A stretch of DNA of 64,000 bases. Origin: an uncultured Candidatus Saccharibacteria bacterium (GTDB lineage: Bacteria; Patescibacteriota; JAUYIX01; CAYMIK01). The position numbers and the translations under genes were made by a program. The notes under the pieces are model-generated. The model was not told the origin of the DNA. It worked only from the letters and a program-made list of their open reading frames with translations, and ran no database searches. The stretch spans positions 26,866 to 90,865 of the forward strand of contig CAYMIK010000002.1 in NCBI GenBank assembly GCA_964390745.1, written 5' to 3'. Below, piece by piece: positions 61,291 through 64,000 of the stretch (position 1 is the stretch's first letter; the number at the start of each line of letters is the position of its first letter).

Positions 61291-61326
61291 ATAATCTTAG
61301 CCTCAAGGGAGCCGAAAAGATTCTGC

Positions 61327-61355
61327 TTGCCAAAACTGGCACTCTCGCCTATAAT
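61327..61355 (+). promoter_or_regulatory. Sigma70-type promoter
   Basis: TTGCCA-17 nt-TATAAT, 9 nt before ATG 61365. Confidence 0.7.
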
Positions 61356-61364
61356 GTGCTAACT

Positions 61365-62282
61365 ATGAAAAACGCAATAGAAATAAGATCTCTTTCGAAG
61401 ACATACCAAAACGGCGTCCATGCTTTAAAGGACGTGAACTTGGATATTCGAGAAGGTGAAATCTTTGCGCTTCTCGGTGAAAACGGCGCCGGAAAAACCA
61501 CGATGATTGGAATCATTTGTGGCATTGTTAATAAAACCGGTGGTACCGTAACCGTGATGGGCAAGGATATCGTAAAAGATTATCGCTTTACGCGAAAACA
61601 GATTGGACTCGTTCCACAAGAAATTAAGCTCGATATCTTCATGAAGGTTATCGATGCCGTTCGATTCTCTCGAGGTTACTTTGGCCTCAAGAAAGACGAA
61701 AAGAAGGTGGAAGAAGTTTTAAAAGCACTGGAACTTTGGGAACACAAAGACAAGATGGCCATGCAACTTTCTGGTGGTATGATGCGACGCCTTTTGATTG
61801 CCAAGGCACTTGTTCATGAACCAAGGATTTTGTTTTTGGACGAACCAACCGCCGGCGTTGACGTGAATTTGCGCCAAGGCATGTGGGACTACGTTCGTAA
61901 ACTCCAAAAAGAAGGCGTAACGATCATTCTCACCACGCACTATATTGAAGAAGCAGAAGAAATGGCTGACCGCATTGGTATTATTGCTGGTGGCGAACTG
62001 AAAGTAGTGGAAGAAAAGGACAAGCTTATGGAAACCTTGGGGCAAAAGAAAATGATCATGCGATTGTCACAAGCCGTAAACGAAGTTCCTTCTTCGCTTT
62101 CTCATCTCGACATCAAGCTTTCTCAAGACAAAACAAGCCTTGAATACACCTACAAAGCTGGAAATGGAAAGATCCACGATGTCTTGACAGCGCTTGCTGG
62201 ATCGAACATTCAGATTCAAGAAATTGATACGGAAGAAACCAAGCTGGAAGAAATCTTCTTGAATATTGCGAGGAAAAAATGA
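61365..62282 (+). CDS. ABC-2 transporter ATP-binding protein (YadG-like)
   Basis: GENGAGKTT, LSGGMMRR, LFLDEPT motifs; start reassigned from 61110. Confidence 0.93.
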   Translation: MKNAIEIRSLSKTYQNGVHALKDVNLDIREGEIFALLGENGAGKTTMIGIICGIVNKTGGTVTVMGKDIVKDYRFTRKQIGLVPQEIKLDIFMKVIDAVRFSRGYFGLKKDEKKVEEVLKALELWEHKDKMAMQLSGGMMRRLLIAKALVHEPRILFLDEPTAGVDVNLRQGMWDYVRKLQKEGVTIILTTHYIEEAEEMADRIGIIAGGELKVVEEKDKLMETLGQKKMIMRLSQAVNEVPSSLSHLDIKLSQDKTSLEYTYKAGNGKIHDVLTALAGSNIQIQEIDTEETKLEEIFLNIARKK

Positions 62283-63046
62283 AATTTAACTTTATCCCCT
62301 TTTGGACCATTTTGGTTCAGGAAATTCGAAGAATTGTTCGCGTCATTTGGCAAACCATTGTTTCGCCGGTCGTGTCTGCTTCGTTATACTTCCTCGTCTT
62401 TGGATCTGCGTTAGGAAACCGCATCAATACGATTGATGGAATTCCTTACATTCAGTTCATCGTTCCAGGACTTATTATGATGAACGTGCTCATGAATGCG
62501 TTTTCGAACTCTTCGTTCACGCTGTACATGGCTAGATTCCAGGGAACCATTAAGGAAATTTTGGCTTCGCCCATTTCGTATTTCGAACTTGTTTCGGCGT
62601 ACACCATTGCTTCCATCTTCCGTGCAGTTCTAACCGGCATAATCATTTGGATTATTGCTCTCATCTTCACGAGCATTCCCGTTTACAACATTGGCATCGT
62701 GATCATCTTTTTGCTGCTCGTTTCACTCACCTTTGCGGTTGGTGGAATTATTGTTGGGCTTACATCAAAAGACTTCAACAGCGTAAACTTGATCCCAATC
62801 TTTGCCATTACTCCTTTGAGCTTCTTGGGCGGCGTGTTCTACTCTGTAAACATGCTTCCTCCAGCACTCAAAACCATTTCGCACTTCAACCCAGTGTTTT
62901 ACATGATTGATGGTTTGCGATATGGATTCTTTGGAACAAGTTCGGTAAATCCTTGGTACAGCCTTGGAGTTATCATGGCCTTCTTGGTGGTCTTCACCGC
63001 CATCGCATGGCAGTTGTTCCGAACAGGATACAAGCTGAAGGACTAG
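62279..63046 (+). CDS. ABC-2 transporter permease (YadH-like)
   Basis: Six TM helices; FIVPGLIMM, FLGGVFYS, NPVFYMIDGLRYG motifs. Confidence 0.92.
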   Translation: MKFNFIPFWTILVQEIRRIVRVIWQTIVSPVVSASLYFLVFGSALGNRINTIDGIPYIQFIVPGLIMMNVLMNAFSNSSFTLYMARFQGTIKEILASPISYFELVSAYTIASIFRAVLTGIIIWIIALIFTSIPVYNIGIVIIFLLLVSLTFAVGGIIVGLTSKDFNSVNLIPIFAITPLSFLGGVFYSVNMLPPALKTISHFNPVFYMIDGLRYGFFGTSSVNPWYSLGVIMAFLVVFTAIAWQLFRTGYKLKD

Positions 63047-63069
63047 CGTTTGGCGAATCACTCGAAACG

Positions 63070-63096
63070 AAAAACAGCGGTTATGCCGCTGTTTTT
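63070..63096. terminator. Bidirectional intrinsic terminator
   Basis: AAAAACAGCGG-TTATG-CCGCTGTTTTT overlapping the bcp stop. Confidence 0.8.
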
Positions 63097-63554
63097 TCTT
63101 TGAGCTCCTTTATCACTTGTGTCGCGTGCTTCCTTGCCTGTACCGACTCGTATATTGTGGCTATTTTACCTTTGGGATCAATGAGATACGACATGCGCTT
63201 AATACCCATAAACTTGTTGCCGAACATCGATTTTTGTTGCCAGACACCATACGCGTTGATCACTTTTTTATCCACATCAGCGAGCAGAGGAAAATTTGTT
63301 CCATGCTTTGTTGCAAACTTCTTGTGACTTTCAACCGTGTCAGCGCTTACGCCCAAAATTTCTGCATTGAGGGCAGCAAAGGCTTTTTTGTTTACCGTCA
63401 TCATTTGTGCTTCTATGGTGCAAACTTGCGTGTCGTCTTTGGGATAAAAATACAGCAAAACCCATTTGCCTTTGAAGTGGGAAAGTTTTTGAGCCTTGTT
63501 ATTCTGATCACAAAGCTCGAAACCGGGAGCCTTATCGCCTACTTTGAGCTTCAT
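63081..63554 (-). CDS. bcp: Peroxiredoxin BCP/PrxQ (1-Cys type)
   Basis: YFYPKDDTQVCTIEA; the usual resolving Cys five residues downstream is absent. Confidence 0.9.
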   Translation of the reverse strand: MKLKVGDKAPGFELCDQNNKAQKLSHFKGKWVLLYFYPKDDTQVCTIEAQMMTVNKKAFAALNAEILGVSADTVESHKKFATKHGTNFPLLADVDKKVINAYGVWQQKSMFGNKFMGIKRMSYLIDPKGKIATIYESVQARKHATQVIKELKEKTAA

Positions 63555-63847
63555 CCTACCCTCACGTGAATATCTTTATGTGCTTGATTGATCATATCAT
63601 CGAGAAAGTGAAAGCGCTGAACTTTTACTTCATGCGGCACTTCATCAATAAAACGTATCTCCGCCGCTGTTTCCACCAAACAACCCGTTACAATAATTCG
63701 CATATTCTTGTTGCGAGTCTTGGCTTCTTTCAAATTTCGAACGTAGCCATAGATTTTATTCTCGGCTCGCCGTAGCGTAGTGGAAATACGGTGAAAAATC
63801 AAGTTCGCTGTGGCTGCTTCCCAGGAACATTTTGAATGTATTCCCAT
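63551..63847 (-). pseudogene. Possible remnant of a MiaB-like methylthiotransferase N-terminal (UPF0004) domain
   Basis: RRAENKIYGYVRNLKEAKTRNKNMRIIVTGC resembles the MiaB N-domain; no radical-SAM or TRAM domain follows. Confidence 0.45.
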
Positions 63848-64000
63848 GTTTTTCGTATGCCATCTTCAAGAGATGTTTTTGGCGCCACCTCAAACTCCGA
63901 GGTGAGGCGCGAAGTATCAAGAACAACCTTCTTTACGAACGAAGCCGGAGCCTCGATAAACTTTTTTGCGAGCGGATGCCCCGTCACCTTTTCAACGGTT
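63799..64000 (-). CDS. C-terminus of an NAD-dependent epimerase/dehydratase (5' end outside the window)
   Basis: LDTSRL...F...PKTSLEDGIRKTWEY is a typical extended-SDR C-terminus. Confidence 0.7.
   Translation of the reverse strand, partial: TVEKVTGHPLAKKFIEAPASFVKKVVLDTSRLTSEFEVAPKTSLEDGIRKTWEYIQNVPGKQPQRT

Noticed and set aside
61110-61364. N-terminal extensions of the ABC ATPase (from 61110) and of the 60177 ORF (to 61208)
   Set aside because: Both read through promoter and hairpin sequence; better starts are 61365 and 61118.

Overview
64 kb of a compact bacterial chromosome using genetic code 11. The gene set and style (DUF4012, DUF5679, Trm11-like methyltransferase, sortase, many N-terminally anchored hypothetical proteins, no biosynthetic operons) suggest a Patescibacteria/CPR organism; this is an inference. 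The left half (1-34 kb, nearly all + strand) carries a P1B ATPase, a pseudouridine synthase, lgt, degP and a large Wzx/Wzy-type surface-polysaccharide locus. Embedded in that locus are a divergent pair of large secreted enzymes (amidase-5xIg-SpoIID and S8 protease-CWB2). ctpA-rplI-pyrG follow. The right half (mostly - strand) carries rpmA, a complete F1Fo ATP synthase operon, an M23 peptidase, gltX, priA-def-fmt, a sortase cluster, rarA, dus, an ABC-2 transporter and bcp. No rRNA, tRNA, CRISPR array, transposase or integrase was recognised. The most notable unannotated signals are: (i) a 28-bp dif-like Xer site at 44807-44834 with a degenerate direct-repeat copy at 45289-45321, bracketing ~450 bp of hairpin/pseudoknot-rich sequence with no convincing ORF; (ii) a candidate ~110-nt structured sRNA at 61176-61290; (iii) ten genes with a -10 box exactly 6 nt before ATG (likely leaderless mRNAs); (iv) a shared PKPA-x(1-2)-LG motif in two proteins encoded next to the sortase. 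All family calls come from motif recognition by eye, not from database searches.
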